In this document: piece after piece, positions 47,824 to 57,980 of the stretch | How positions within the stretch are numbered: position 1 is the first letter of the stretch | Layout of the letters: every line of letters begins with the position of its first letter | DNA from: Pseudomonadota bacterium | GTDB taxonomy: Bacteria; Myxococcota_A; Polyangia; Polyangiales; Polyangiaceae | Assembly (NCBI GenBank): GCA_003242355.2 | Contig: QGUH02000001.1 | Coordinates: forward strand, 1 to 59,510 | Direction: 5' to 3' | DNA: 59,510 nt | Translations under genes and position numbers: made by a program | The notes under the pieces: generated by a model | What the model was told of the DNA's origin: nothing | Databases searched by the model: none | What the model saw: the letters and a program-made list of their open reading frames with translations, nothing else

Positions 47824-48243
47824 ATGTTGGGGTTTCTTCGAACGGTTGCGGTGACGGCTGTCTTGGCAGCGGCCTGCGGCGGCCCGAGCTCGCGCCTGAT
47901 TACGGTGCGCTCGCCCACCGGGAGCGGCCCGGTGACCTTCGAGGTCAAGAACAACACCGACGTGCCCATCAACGAGCTGTACATGGCCGACTCCGCTGCG
48001 GTGGAAGCCGCGAAGCGCGTCGACCCGAACTCCCCTGAAGGCCATGCGATCTGGGGGGCCGACCGGTTGACGGCCGCCATTCCAACCGGCGTGCGGGTGG
48101 AGATCTCGGTCGATCGACCGGGCCGCTACGACGTGCGCGCGCTCGATCGCGATCGGCGCGAGCAGCACGTTGCCCGCCTCAATCTCCAGGCGGGCGGCCG
48201 GTACATCCTCGAGCTGAACGAGGGTGGCTGGCGCGTTCGGTAG
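47824..48243 (+). CDS. Small beta-rich hypothetical lipoprotein
   Basis: Lipobox AAAC; VKNNTDVPINELY...WGAD...YDVRA. Confidence 0.7.
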   Translation: MLGFLRTVAVTAVLAAACGGPSSRLITVRSPTGSGPVTFEVKNNTDVPINELYMADSAAVEAAKRVDPNSPEGHAIWGADRLTAAIPTGVRVEISVDRPGRYDVRALDRDRREQHVARLNLQAGGRYILELNEGGWRVR

Positions 48244-48303
48244 CGCCGCAACCCCCGAAAGACCCGCGATCGCGGCCTCGCAAGTCCGCGAAATTGTGGA
48301 CGA

Positions 48304-48359
48304 GAGGTGCATCATGATGAATGATGCGCGCATCATTCACGATCATTCGAGGGCACCTC
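48304..48359. promoter_or_regulatory. Long inverted repeat with a perfect 22-bp core (candidate operator)
   Basis: tgaatgatgcgcgcatcattca at 48318-48339; outer arms gaggtgc/gcacctc end next to the ATG at 48361. Confidence 0.6.
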
Positions 48360-48360
48360 G

Positions 48361-50988
48361 ATGGGCTGGCTCCGGGACCTAATCGCGGCGAGCAACGGCT
48401 CGGTGAACAGTCTGGGCCAGCTCGCCGCGGAAGCGCTCGGACAGCCTGAGTGGCCCGCCGAAGTCCGCATCCAACAGCGCTCGCTCGCCGCGCTCCTGAG
48501 CAAGATCGATCGCGGCCAAGAGGTCGGCTGGCTGCTCGAGCGTCCTGGAGTCCAACGGGCCCTCGCTCGGGTGCTCGACCTGAGGGCCGAGGACGTGGCG
48601 CGGGAAGCGCGCGCTCACGAAGACGAGTCGGAGCGAGTCGCGGCGCGCCTGATCCGGCTCCGTGACCTGCCGGCGGCGCGACCGTTGGACCTGGCGGTGG
48701 AGGCACTGCCCTCCGGTGTGCCCGAGGCGCTGCTCCTCCCCCCACCCCACGCCTGTTGGTGGCTGGCTCCGAGCGGCTCGGGCCGCACCCTGCTGGGGCG
48801 TTGGCTGGAGGCCCGTGGCCGGGCCCGTTTCTTCGAGGGACGGCTCCCCGGGTCGGACGAGGTGCCCGAGGGCGGTCGCGTGTATATCGAGCTCCCCGAG
48901 GCGCCACGGGACGGCGAGGTTCCACGGCCGGAGCCGGGATGGGTCGTCGCGGCGCCTTTCGCGCCGCCGCCCGACTCGGGGTTCGAGCTCGTTCGCTCAC
49001 CGCCGCTGGCTTCCGTGCTCGGTCCCGTTTTGCGGTGGGCCCGGGAGCGGCTGCCCGCGGATACACCCGTTCGCGCCGACACGGTCGAGCCCTGGCTCGC
49101 CGAGCGCATCGAGCGCGGCGAAGTGCGCACGCTCGGGGAGCTCCTCGGCGTCGTCGGAGCCCTCGACGAGCTGGGCTCGCGGGCCAGCGAAACGCGGAGC
49201 CTCGAGCGACTGGCGCGCCGCCACGTCGAGCAACGGCTCGCCCGCACCCTGGATCCGGGCGCGCCCCACGCGAGCTGGGTTCGCAAGCAGGGCTTCGACG
49301 CTCTCGTCGGCATCGCCGAACGAGGCCTGGTCGATTTCGACGCAGACCTCTCCCAGCCCCGCTCCTTCGAAGAGTGGCTCGAGCTCATGCCGCCCGAGCT
49401 CGAACGCGGCGTCGACGTCGACTGGGTGCGACTCTCGCTCAAGCGCGCCGACGCTTCCGTACGCGCCGTGGAGGTGGAACGGGCGGCCCGACGCCTTCCA
49501 CCGGGCGCGTACCGGCTGGTGACGGCGCTGGAGCACGCGGGCCTGTTGCTGCGCCATCGCGACGAGCGGCTCGCGCTCGAGCCGGCCTGGGTGCGGCGCG
49601 TCGCGCTCGACCTCGCCGTGAAGCGCTTGATCCAGCGCTCGCCTTTGGAGTGGGGCGAAGCCTTGCTGTGGCCGCGCTCGGCGACGCTCGTGGCGCGCGC
49701 GCTGCTCGACCGCGCCGTTCGGGTCGGCCCGGGTCTGCTCGAGCCGGTCCTCGATCTCGAAATCGACGATGAGCCCGCCACGGCGGCCGTGCTGGACGCG
49801 GCGCTGCGCATCACGGGGATTGCGCGCCTGCTCGGTGCCGAGCCCTCGCAAGAGCTGCTCGAGGGCATTTGGAGCGAAGCGGAGCGCCTCGCGCTGTGCT
49901 TCGAGGACGAGCTGCCGCTCTCGCGCGTTCAGGCCGCGCCGCGCGGCCCGAGCGGTGCGGATACGGACGCCCTCGGCGCCACGCTGCTCGAGGCCGGGAC
50001 CTTCCACCTCGCCGCGCTCAGCGTGTCGGAGGTCCTCGGGCCTCGGAAGCGCACGCGACTCGCTGCGCTCGTGCCGTGGCACGACTCGCAACCCCATGCC
50101 GCGCTCGCCGCCGTCTACGACGCCATTCACGCGGCGCTCGCCAGCGCGCCGCCCTGGCGCGAAGGCGCCATTCGGCTCGTGGCGCGCGTGCGCGCCGTCA
50201 TCGGGAATGCGCGCGGGCCGGATCGGCCGCACGTGCTCGAATGGCCCGCGGAGATCGTCGACGAGGTGCACCACGAGGTCTTGTCGATCGAGACGCTCGA
50301 ACGCGCTCCGCTGAGCGGCGAGCTCGTGCGCGACGTGCTCGCCCTCGCGCGGGCACGGGGGCTCTCACCGCGCGCCGTGGCGCACGCGTTCTGGCAATCC
50401 TGGGAGGAGGCGGGACGCCCAACGACGCGTCTGCTCGAGCCGACCAGCGCGCTTGCGCCGCTCCTGTTCCAGCACCTGCCGGGCGCGGTGCTCGAACGCT
50501 GGCTCGGCCAGACGGAAGCGGTAACGCTCCCCTACGAGCTCTTGGGCGAGGAGGCGTGGCACGTGGCCGTGCGCTTTCCAGCGGTGGTGGGCGACGCGAA
50601 CGCGCTCGCGGTCCTGCCCGTCGAGTTGCTCGAGACGGTCGTGCAGCGACTGCGCGCGTTTTCGGGCCTCGGTGCGGGCGCCGCGGTGCTCTGGCGCCGC
50701 GCTGCGGACGCGTGCCTCGACGCGCTCGATCGCGAGCTCGACGCCGCGCACACCGACGAAGGAGTGCTCGTAACGTTGCTCGACACGGTGCCGCCCGAGC
50801 ACGTGCCGTCGGTGGTGGCCGCGCTGCGCACCGGGGATCGCGCGCGGCGCCTGGGCTCCCGCGCGCTCGACGGGGTGCGCCGCTTCCTCCACCGCGCGAG
50901 CGCCGCGCGCCGCGACGGCTGGCGGCTCGCGTACGAGCTGCTCGCGCTGATCGAGCGCGATCTCGCGGCCGTTCGGCAGGGCGTCTGA
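48361..50988 (+). CDS. Large hypothetical protein: HTH-like N-terminus, degenerate P-loop, helical C-terminus
   Basis: 875-aa ORF with host-like codon usage; WWLAPSGSGRT resembles Walker A; no signal peptide or TM helix seen. Confidence 0.75.
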   Translation: MGWLRDLIAASNGSVNSLGQLAAEALGQPEWPAEVRIQQRSLAALLSKIDRGQEVGWLLERPGVQRALARVLDLRAEDVAREARAHEDESERVAARLIRLRDLPAARPLDLAVEALPSGVPEALLLPPPHACWWLAPSGSGRTLLGRWLEARGRARFFEGRLPGSDEVPEGGRVYIELPEAPRDGEVPRPEPGWVVAAPFAPPPDSGFELVRSPPLASVLGPVLRWARERLPADTPVRADTVEPWLAERIERGEVRTLGELLGVVGALDELGSRASETRSLERLARRHVEQRLARTLDPGAPHASWVRKQGFDALVGIAERGLVDFDADLSQPRSFEEWLELMPPELERGVDVDWVRLSLKRADASVRAVEVERAARRLPPGAYRLVTALEHAGLLLRHRDERLALEPAWVRRVALDLAVKRLIQRSPLEWGEALLWPRSATLVARALLDRAVRVGPGLLEPVLDLEIDDEPATAAVLDAALRITGIARLLGAEPSQELLEGIWSEAERLALCFEDELPLSRVQAAPRGPSGADTDALGATLLEAGTFHLAALSVSEVLGPRKRTRLAALVPWHDSQPHAALAAVYDAIHAALASAPPWREGAIRLVARVRAVIGNARGPDRPHVLEWPAEIVDEVHHEVLSIETLERAPLSGELVRDVLALARARGLSPRAVAHAFWQSWEEAGRPTTRLLEPTSALAPLLFQHLPGAVLERWLGQTEAVTLPYELLGEEAWHVAVRFPAVVGDANALAVLPVELLETVVQRLRAFSGLGAGAAVLWRRAADACLDALDRELDAAHTDEGVLVTLLDTVPPEHVPSVVAALRTGDRARRLGSRALDGVRRFLHRASAARRDGWRLAYELLALIERDLAAVRQGV

Positions 50989-51176
50989 CGGCGTCCCCAC
51001 GCGCGGAAAAGCTGCAAACGCGCCGCCATGGCGACACGAGGTCCGACGGGGCGTCCCCACCCGCCGAGAATCTCGCGAACGCGCCGCCCGTCGTCGTTGC
51101 GGCTCGACCCGTGGCGCGATCTTCACGCACGGAGAATCCGGCGAGCACGCGGGGCGTTGCGCGATAAGCTCGCGGC

Positions 51177-52196
51177 ATGCGCGCCGTGCGAGTGAACGCG
51201 TTCGGTCTCGACGAGGTCGTCGAAACGGAGGTGAACGACCCCGTGCCCGCGCCCGACGAAGTGCTCCTGCGCGTGCTCGCCTGCTCGCTCAATTACCGGG
51301 ACCTGTTGGTCGCGCGCGGCGAATACAACCCGCGCTATCCGCTGCCCCTGATTCTGGGCTCGGACTGCTGCGGCGAAATCGTGCAGGTGGGCTCGGAGGC
51401 GGCCACCACGGGGCTCCGCGTCGGCGATCGCGTCTGCCCCATCTTCGTCCGCGGATGGATCACGGGTCCCCCGACGCGCACCACCGTGAAGAGCACGCTC
51501 GGCGGTCCGCTTCCAGGAGTGTTCTCGGAGCTCGTCGTCGCGCGCGCCGACAGCGTCGTTCCGGTTCCGCGCACGCTCGATCCGCTGGATGCGGCTTGCC
51601 TGCCGTGCGCAGGGGTGACGGCGTTCAGCGCCCTGTCCACGCTCGGCACCGTGCGAGCGGGCGATGTCGTGCTCACGATCGGTAGCGGCGGCGTGTCGCT
51701 GTTCGGGATTCAGATCGCCGGCCTGCTCGGCGCGCGCGTGATCGCCACCACGCGCACTCCCGAAAAGCGCGACCGGCTGCTCGCGCTCGGCGCGAGCGAA
51801 GCGCTGGTCACCTCTGGCCCGGGCTTCGGCGAAACCGTGCGGCGCCTCGCGGGCGGCGAAGGCGTGGACCACGTGCTCGAGGTGGGCGGCGTGGGAACGC
51901 TCCCGGAGTCGCTGGCCGCGGTGCGTCCGGGCGGGACGGTGAGCCTCGTCGGCGTGCTCGCCGGCAGCCAGGGCCCCATCGATTTGCGTCCGGCGGTGAT
52001 GCGCAACCTTCGCCTTCAGGGCGTCTTCGTCGGACCGCGCACGACCTTCGAAGCCCTGCTCGCGGCATGGCTCCCGAGCGGCCTGCGTCCCGTCATCGAT
52101 TCCGTGTACCCCTTCTCACGCGCGCGCGCCGCGTTCGATCACCTCGCCTCCGGCCGGCACTTCGGCAAGATCTGCCTGGTGCCGGACGGCGCCTGA
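51177..52196 (+). CDS. NAD(P)-dependent MDR oxidoreductase (quinone reductase / Zn-ADH-like)
   Basis: SLNYRD, LPCAGVTA, GSGGVS, DHVLEVGG and HFGKI motifs. Confidence 0.92.
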   Translation: MRAVRVNAFGLDEVVETEVNDPVPAPDEVLLRVLACSLNYRDLLVARGEYNPRYPLPLILGSDCCGEIVQVGSEAATTGLRVGDRVCPIFVRGWITGPPTRTTVKSTLGGPLPGVFSELVVARADSVVPVPRTLDPLDAACLPCAGVTAFSALSTLGTVRAGDVVLTIGSGGVSLFGIQIAGLLGARVIATTRTPEKRDRLLALGASEALVTSGPGFGETVRRLAGGEGVDHVLEVGGVGTLPESLAAVRPGGTVSLVGVLAGSQGPIDLRPAVMRNLRLQGVFVGPRTTFEALLAAWLPSGLRPVIDSVYPFSRARAAFDHLASGRHFGKICLVPDGA

Positions 52197-52298
52197 CCGA
52201 CCTGCTCCGACTGCGGCGTCCGGAAGCTCAAGCTCGAATGCAAACGGCCCGAAGCAGCTCGCTGCCCCGGGCCGTGCGCGTCGTACATCGGCGCAGCG

Positions 52299-53198
52299 TC
52301 AGCGTCGCCGCAAGCGCCGATAGGCGACGCCGGCCATGCCGAACGCGAGGAATGCGAGCCCCGTCGCCGAGCCCGGATCGCGGTCGCGCCCGATCGCGCA
52401 GCTCACGGAAGCTTTCCCTTCGGCCCTCCCCTCGCACTTTCCGTTCTTGCAGCTGCCGCTGGCGCTGCCCGAAGCGCTCACGTTGACGGCGTTCTTCCAT
52501 GCCGCGATCGCGTCAAGACATTCCTGCGCGTTGCCGCCGTGATCGACGTACTGGCCGTCGCACTTGACGACGCCCCGCGGGCTCGTGCACTCCGCCGTGC
52601 ACCCGCCGCGCAAGCGCGCCTCGCACCCCGCCTGGAAGTCCGACTGGCAGCTCATCTGACAGGCGAGATTCGATTCGACCCTGCACTGGCCCTCGCAACT
52701 CGCCTGGCATTTCGCCCTGCAGTTCGCGCTGGGCGGCGTGGCCGAGCAGGCCGCCTTGCAATCGCCCTGGCAGGTGGCTTCGCACACGCCCTCGCAGTCG
52801 GCGCGACAGGCCGAGTCGTTGGAACAGCGGGCAGCGCACTCGGCGCTACAGTTACCGGTGCACTCGACCGCGCAGTTCGCCTGGCAGTCGAAACTGGGAG
52901 GATCGACGTCACACTGGGCCGTGCACGCATCGATGTCGCAGCTCGCGGTGCAGACGGCGCTCGCGTGTCCCGAGCACGTGCCCGAGCACTCGGCGTAGCC
53001 CTCCGCGTGGCACGCCGCTTCGAAGCTCAGGTTCTGGCATTCGACGTCGCACAATTTCACGTCGACCAGATCACACTTGGCTTCCGCTTCGACGTGGATG
53101 TTGCCGCACGCCGACAAGTCGGCCGCAGCCGCGGGCCGAACGACGAACGACGAAATCGCGAGAGCCAACGCGCCCGCGCTCAAGCGTCTAAGAGCCAT
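52299..53198 (-). CDS. Secreted CxxxC-repeat protein with MYXO-CTERM-like anchor
   Basis: Signal peptide, about 37 Cys, C-terminal SC...hydrophobic helix...RRLRRR. Confidence 0.8.
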   Translation of the reverse strand: MALRRLSAGALALAISSFVVRPAAAADLSACGNIHVEAEAKCDLVDVKLCDVECQNLSFEAACHAEGYAECSGTCSGHASAVCTASCDIDACTAQCDVDPPSFDCQANCAVECTGNCSAECAARCSNDSACRADCEGVCEATCQGDCKAACSATPPSANCRAKCQASCEGQCRVESNLACQMSCQSDFQAGCEARLRGGCTAECTSPRGVVKCDGQYVDHGGNAQECLDAIAAWKNAVNVSASGSASGSCKNGKCEGRAEGKASVSCAIGRDRDPGSATGLAFLAFGMAGVAYRRLRRR

Positions 53199-53302
53199 GG
53201 GGATCCTCCTGGTACGATCCGGCATCGTAGCCGAAAATCAGACGGACCCGCCCGCGGCATCCATTCAAATCGAAGGCGCCGGATGCCGGCTCTCACTCGG
53301 GC

Positions 53303-55510
53303 TTACAGTGTCGCGGTTGCCTGCGCGTTGACCGTTTCCGTCCGCCGCATGCCGTAGAAGGTAGTCCCGCGCCGGGCCATGTCGGTGAGCAGCGGCGCGG
53401 GCTCGAAACGCGAGCCGAACTGCGCGGCATACGTTTCCAACCGCTCCACCACCTCGCGGGCGCCGACCGCGTCGACGAAGCGGAACGGGCCGCCCCGGAA
53501 CGGCGGGAAGCCGAGGCCGAACACGGCGCCGATGTCGCCGTCGCGAGCACTCCGCAGGATGCCCTCGTCGAGGCAGCGCACGGCCTCGTTCACCATCATC
53601 AGCACGCAGCGCTGGGCCACGTCGGCGACCGGAGCGTCGCGGCTCGGCTGGATGCCGAGCACTTGATATACGGTGGTGTCGACCGGCTTCTTCCCTTTGC
53701 GCCGCTTCTCGCCATACACGTAAAAGCCGCGCTCGTTCTTGCGCCCACGGCGCTCGTCGGCCAGGAGCTGCTCGACCGCGGGAGGCGGTGCCATGCGCGC
53801 GCCGAACGCGCTGTGGAGGATCTTGCCGACCTTGGAGGCCACGTCGATGCCCACCTCGTCGAGCAACGCGAGCGGCCCCACCGGAAACCCCCATTTGACG
53901 AGCGCGTCGTCGATGACGTCGATCGCGTACCCGTCCGCGAGGAGGTACGAGGCCTCGTTGAGGTACGGCCCCAGGATGCGCGACGTGTAAAACCCCGGAC
54001 CGTCCCGCACCACGATGACCGTCTTACCCTGACGCTTGCCGATTGCGACAGCGGTGCGCGTGACCCAATCCGCCGTTCGATCCGTCACCACGATTTCGAG
54101 CAACGGCATCTTCTCGACCGGCGAGAAGTAGTGCATCCCGATCACGCGCTCGGGGGCGCGCGCTCGCTCCGCGATCTTGGTGATTGGCAACGAGGACGTG
54201 TTCGAGGCGAAGATCGCGTTCGGGTGCCCGTACTGCTCGACGTCGGACAGCACGCGTTGCTTGAGCTCGAGATCCTCGAACACGGCTTCGATGACGAGCT
54301 CGGCTTCGCGGAACCCGCTGTACGTCGTCGTCGGCGTGATCTGCGCCATCAGCCGATCGCGCTCGACCGGCGTGATCCGCCGGCTCTTCACGCGGCCATC
54401 CAGGATCTTGCGGATCTGCGCGAGCCCGCGGCCGAGCGCGGCCTCGTCCCGATCGCGCAGCCGCACCGGCAGCCCGGCGACGGCCGCCGTGACGTACGCC
54501 ACGCCCGCGCCCATCAGCCCGGCCCCGAGCACGCCGACCTTGTGCACCTCGACCGGTTTGACCTCGGGATTCTCGATGCCCGGGTCCTTCTTGAGCTCGT
54601 TCGTCGCGAAGAAGATGTTGATGAGCTCGCGCGCTTCCGGCGACGCCGCGAGCTCCCCGAACGCCCGCGTCTCGGCGTCGTAACCGCGCATCGGACCGTG
54701 CGCGAGCCCCGTCTCCACGACGTCGAGGATGCGCTCGGGCGCGGGATAGTTGCCGTGCGTCTTCTTGCGCGTCTGCCGCCGGGCCTGCTCGAACACGATT
54801 TTGCGCCCGATCGGGTTCTTCGCCAGCATCGCCTCCTGCAGCGCGCGCTTGTCGAGCCGCGCGCCCCGGCGCCGGTCGCCAGGCGCCAGGAGCATCAGCG
54901 CGCGCTCGATGGCCGCGGACTCGAGCACCGGTCGCGCGACGACCTCGTCGACGAGGCCGATCTTCCGCGCACGCCGCGCATCGAGCTGCCTCCCGGTGAG
55001 CATCAGATCGAGGCTCGCCTGCAGCCCGACCAGGCGCGGCAAGCGCTGGGTTCCGCCCAAGCCGGGCAAGAGGCCGAGCTGAACCTCGGGCAACCCGAGC
55101 CGCGTGCGCGGATCGTTGGTCGCAACGCGCCCATGGCAAGCGAGCGCGACCTCGAGCCCGCCACCGAGGCAAGCGCCATGGATGGCCGCGACGAACGGCT
55201 TCTTCGAGCTCGCGAGCCGCTCGAGCGCTCGCTGACCGGCGCGCGACAGCTCCTCGGCTTTCTCGCGGGACGAGATCACGCGGAGCAGCTTGAGATCGGC
55301 GCCGGCAATGAAGCCGTCGGCCTTGCCGGAGATCAGGATCACGGCGCGGATGGTGTCGTCGCGCTCGACCTCCTCGAGCACGCGCTCGAGCTCGCTCGCG
55401 AACTCTGCCCGGAGGACGTTCGTCGGCTCGCCGGGAACGTCGACGACGAGCAGCGCGAACCCATCCGCGCGCCGGTCCAAACGAAATGCGGTCGTGCTGC
55501 GGTCGTTCAT
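53303..55510 (-). CDS. fadJ: Fatty acid oxidation complex alpha subunit
   Basis: Hydratase motifs FIAGAD, GGGLE, PEVQLG; dehydrogenase motifs GAGLMG, EAVFE, SNTSS, HYFSP; GFPPFRGGP. Confidence 0.95.
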   Translation of the reverse strand: MNDRSTTAFRLDRRADGFALLVVDVPGEPTNVLRAEFASELERVLEEVERDDTIRAVILISGKADGFIAGADLKLLRVISSREKAEELSRAGQRALERLASSKKPFVAAIHGACLGGGLEVALACHGRVATNDPRTRLGLPEVQLGLLPGLGGTQRLPRLVGLQASLDLMLTGRQLDARRARKIGLVDEVVARPVLESAAIERALMLLAPGDRRRGARLDKRALQEAMLAKNPIGRKIVFEQARRQTRKKTHGNYPAPERILDVVETGLAHGPMRGYDAETRAFGELAASPEARELINIFFATNELKKDPGIENPEVKPVEVHKVGVLGAGLMGAGVAYVTAAVAGLPVRLRDRDEAALGRGLAQIRKILDGRVKSRRITPVERDRLMAQITPTTTYSGFREAELVIEAVFEDLELKQRVLSDVEQYGHPNAIFASNTSSLPITKIAERARAPERVIGMHYFSPVEKMPLLEIVVTDRTADWVTRTAVAIGKRQGKTVIVVRDGPGFYTSRILGPYLNEASYLLADGYAIDVIDDALVKWGFPVGPLALLDEVGIDVASKVGKILHSAFGARMAPPPAVEQLLADERRGRKNERGFYVYGEKRRKGKKPVDTTVYQVLGIQPSRDAPVADVAQRCVLMMVNEAVRCLDEGILRSARDGDIGAVFGLGFPPFRGGPFRFVDAVGAREVVERLETYAAQFGSRFEPAPLLTDMARRGTTFYGMRRTETVNAQATATL

Positions 55511-56796
55511 GCCGCCTCCAACACCATCGCGGCGCCCAGGCCGCCGGCCGCGCACGCCGTGCACAGCGCGAACTGGCCCCGGCGACGCTGAAGCTCACGC
55601 AACGTCTGCGTGATCTGACGGGCACCGGTCGCGGCGAACGGATGCCCGATCGCGATCGAGCCGCCCGACACGTTGAACTTGTCCCAATCGATGGTGCCGA
55701 CGCGCTTGTCGCGACCGAGCCGCTCACGCGCGAACGTGTCGCTCTCGAGCGCCTGGGTGTTGCTCAGCACCTGGGCCGCGAACGCCTCGTGCATGTCGAT
55801 GAGATCCATGTCTTTGAGCTCGAGCCCGGCGCGATCGAGCGCCATCGGCGTGGCGTACGCCGGACCGATCAGGAGCTGGTCGGCGGGATCGACGCCGCAG
55901 AAGGCGTAGCTTCGCAGATAGCCGAGCGGCGAGAGCCCGAGCGCCTTGGCCTTCTCCTCGCTCATGAGCAAGAGCGCGCTCGCGCCGTCCGTGAGCGGGG
56001 AGCTGTTGCCTGCCGTGACCGTGCCGTGGGCCTTGTCGAAAACGGGCTTGAGCTTGCCGTACGCGTCGAGGGACGAATCCTTGCGGACCAGGTTGTCCTC
56101 GCGCACCGCTTCGAACTTCGGCGGCACGTAGAACGTCATCACCTCTTCGGCGAAACGCCCGTCGTTCCACGCGGCGGCAGCGCGCACGTGGCTACGATGC
56201 GCGAACTCGTCCTGCTGCTCCCGGGAAATCCCGTTCTCTTTCGCCATCTTCTCGGCGCTCTCGCCCATCGTCAGCCCCGTCGAGAGCTCCCGCAGCGCCG
56301 GCGCCACGGGCGCCAGATCGGCGAGAGACAGCCCCCGGAAGGCCTGAACGCGTTCGGCCAGGGTGCGCGCGCGATTCGCGCGCACGAGAGCGGCCGAGAG
56401 CCCCTTGCTGATGGTCATCGGAACGTCGCTCGCGCTGTCGGCGCCCCCCGCGATGCCGCAATCGATCGTTCCGTCGGCGATGGATTGCGCCACGCTCACG
56501 GTGGACTGGTAGCTCGTCGCGCACGCTCGCGAGACGCTGTAGGCGTCCACGGTTCGCGGCAACCCGAGCCCGAGCACGATCTCGCGCGCGATGTTGGGCG
56601 CGGCCAGCGACGGCACGACTTGCCCGTAGACGACCTGCTGGATCTCGTTCCTCGGGATGCCCGTGCGCTCGATGAGCTCGGCCACCACGGCGCGCCCCAG
56701 ATCGAGCGCCGACAGATTCCGGAACGCGGTGCCCTGCTTGGCGAACGGCGTTCGCAGGCCCGAGACGATCGCGACACGACGCCCCTCTCTAGCCAT
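55507..56796 (-). CDS. fadI: 3-ketoacyl-CoA thiolase
   Basis: [22 protein letters not shown] and CAAGG motifs; ATGA overlap with fadJ. Confidence 0.95.
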   Translation of the reverse strand: MAREGRRVAIVSGLRTPFAKQGTAFRNLSALDLGRAVVAELIERTGIPRNEIQQVVYGQVVPSLAAPNIAREIVLGLGLPRTVDAYSVSRACATSYQSTVSVAQSIADGTIDCGIAGGADSASDVPMTISKGLSAALVRANRARTLAERVQAFRGLSLADLAPVAPALRELSTGLTMGESAEKMAKENGISREQQDEFAHRSHVRAAAAWNDGRFAEEVMTFYVPPKFEAVREDNLVRKDSSLDAYGKLKPVFDKAHGTVTAGNSSPLTDGASALLLMSEEKAKALGLSPLGYLRSYAFCGVDPADQLLIGPAYATPMALDRAGLELKDMDLIDMHEAFAAQVLSNTQALESDTFARERLGRDKRVGTIDWDKFNVSGGSIAIGHPFAATGARQITQTLRELQRRRGQFALCTACAAGGLGAAMVLEAA

Positions 56797-56961
56797 GTGG
56801 ACTCCATTGCGCGTGTTGCAGAGCGCGCCCGCGCGTGCGCTGGCGAGCTGCCGTCACGCGCTGCGCTCGACCCTCGAAGCGAAACGCCATGGCGGATTCG
56901 ATAGGGCTGGCATGCGCACCGTGTCAAGCGCCGTGCAGCGCGCGATCCGGCGCGAGCTCGC

Positions 56962-57477
56962 TCAGCTCCGCGCGAAACCGCCGAGCCGTGCGAGATTCTG
57001 CACCGGGCGCGCAGCAGCCGCGGGTTTGGCGACGATGCCGCTCACGGAACGCGCGCTCGAAAAGCGCACCCGAACCGTTCGCGTCGAGTCCGAGAGCCCC
57101 TCGCACAGCGCGCCGGCGAGCTCGAACAGTGCGTGCTTTGCCTCGTCCGCGTCGGTATCGCGCGCGGCGAGCACGACTTCACCCCCTACGTCGGGGCGCA
57201 TCGCCTGAAGAAGCGAGCGACAGATCATCTCGCGCGCGGCGAGGTGCTCCGGATCCAGGGTGGGAGCACAGGCGACGATGGCGACGGTGAGAATGCCCTT
57301 GAGCTCGGCGAGCCGGCGACTCACGCGTGCGGAGAGGTCGCCCATCGACTCCCCCATGGCGTGTGCGACCACGACTGCATTCGGGGCCTGCCGTTGATAG
57401 TCGTGCATCCACTGCGGCCAGGCCGCTCCTGCTTCGAGCACCATCATCGAGTTGTGGCACTCCGTTTCCTGTCTCAT
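56962..57477 (-). CDS. Hypothetical alpha/beta protein
   Basis: Shine-Dalgarno-like AAGGGAG before the ATG; alternating strand/helix pattern. Confidence 0.7.
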   Translation of the reverse strand: MRQETECHNSMMVLEAGAAWPQWMHDYQRQAPNAVVVAHAMGESMGDLSARVSRRLAELKGILTVAIVACAPTLDPEHLAAREMICRSLLQAMRPDVGGEVVLAARDTDADEAKHALFELAGALCEGLSDSTRTVRVRFSSARSVSGIVAKPAAAARPVQNLARLGGFARS

Positions 57478-57673
57478 GAGCTCCCTTCGTTCGGCTTGCA
57501 CCGAACGCCTCACGGTTTCGGTCGGGTAAAAAATCCTGAGAAGCCCGAAGCAAGTCCCCTCTCGAGATGCCTCGGTGGCGCACTCACCTCGCCACACGAA
57601 TTCGGAACATTGTCTCGATTGCTGCTTCGCCGTCAATCTTATTCGAACTGACCGCGCCGCCTTTCGGAGCGCG

Positions 57674-57711
57674 GTGATGGGTGCGCGTTTTGAGTGAAGG
57701 GTGCGCGTTTT
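57674..57711. promoter_or_regulatory. Tandem 18-bp direct repeat (candidate transcription factor site)
   Basis: GTGAWGGGTGCGCGTTTT twice, 20-bp period. Confidence 0.5.
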
Positions 57712-57980
57712 CGGGCACCTTCGCGACGAAGTACGAGCACTCATACCGTTCCATAGAGACGGACAGCAAACGGCGGCGAGATATTCCCGTGACGCTGGGG
57801 CGCGCCAACGAGCCGCGTCACCCACGCGTCCGTGGCCGATACGCACGCGTGTGCTCCACCCGCGGCTCGGGCTCACGGATTCGTGAGCTCACGGTGCCCC
57901 CCGTCGGGCCGAGTCGCACGCGACAAGGCTGCGGCGAGCGCCCGGGCGGGCACCGATCGAGTTGGTGACGATTGGTAAGA

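Noticed and set aside
50990-51060. Short repeat ggcgtccccac twice after the 875-aa gene
   Set aside because: An 11-bp GC-rich match is too weak to distinguish from chance.
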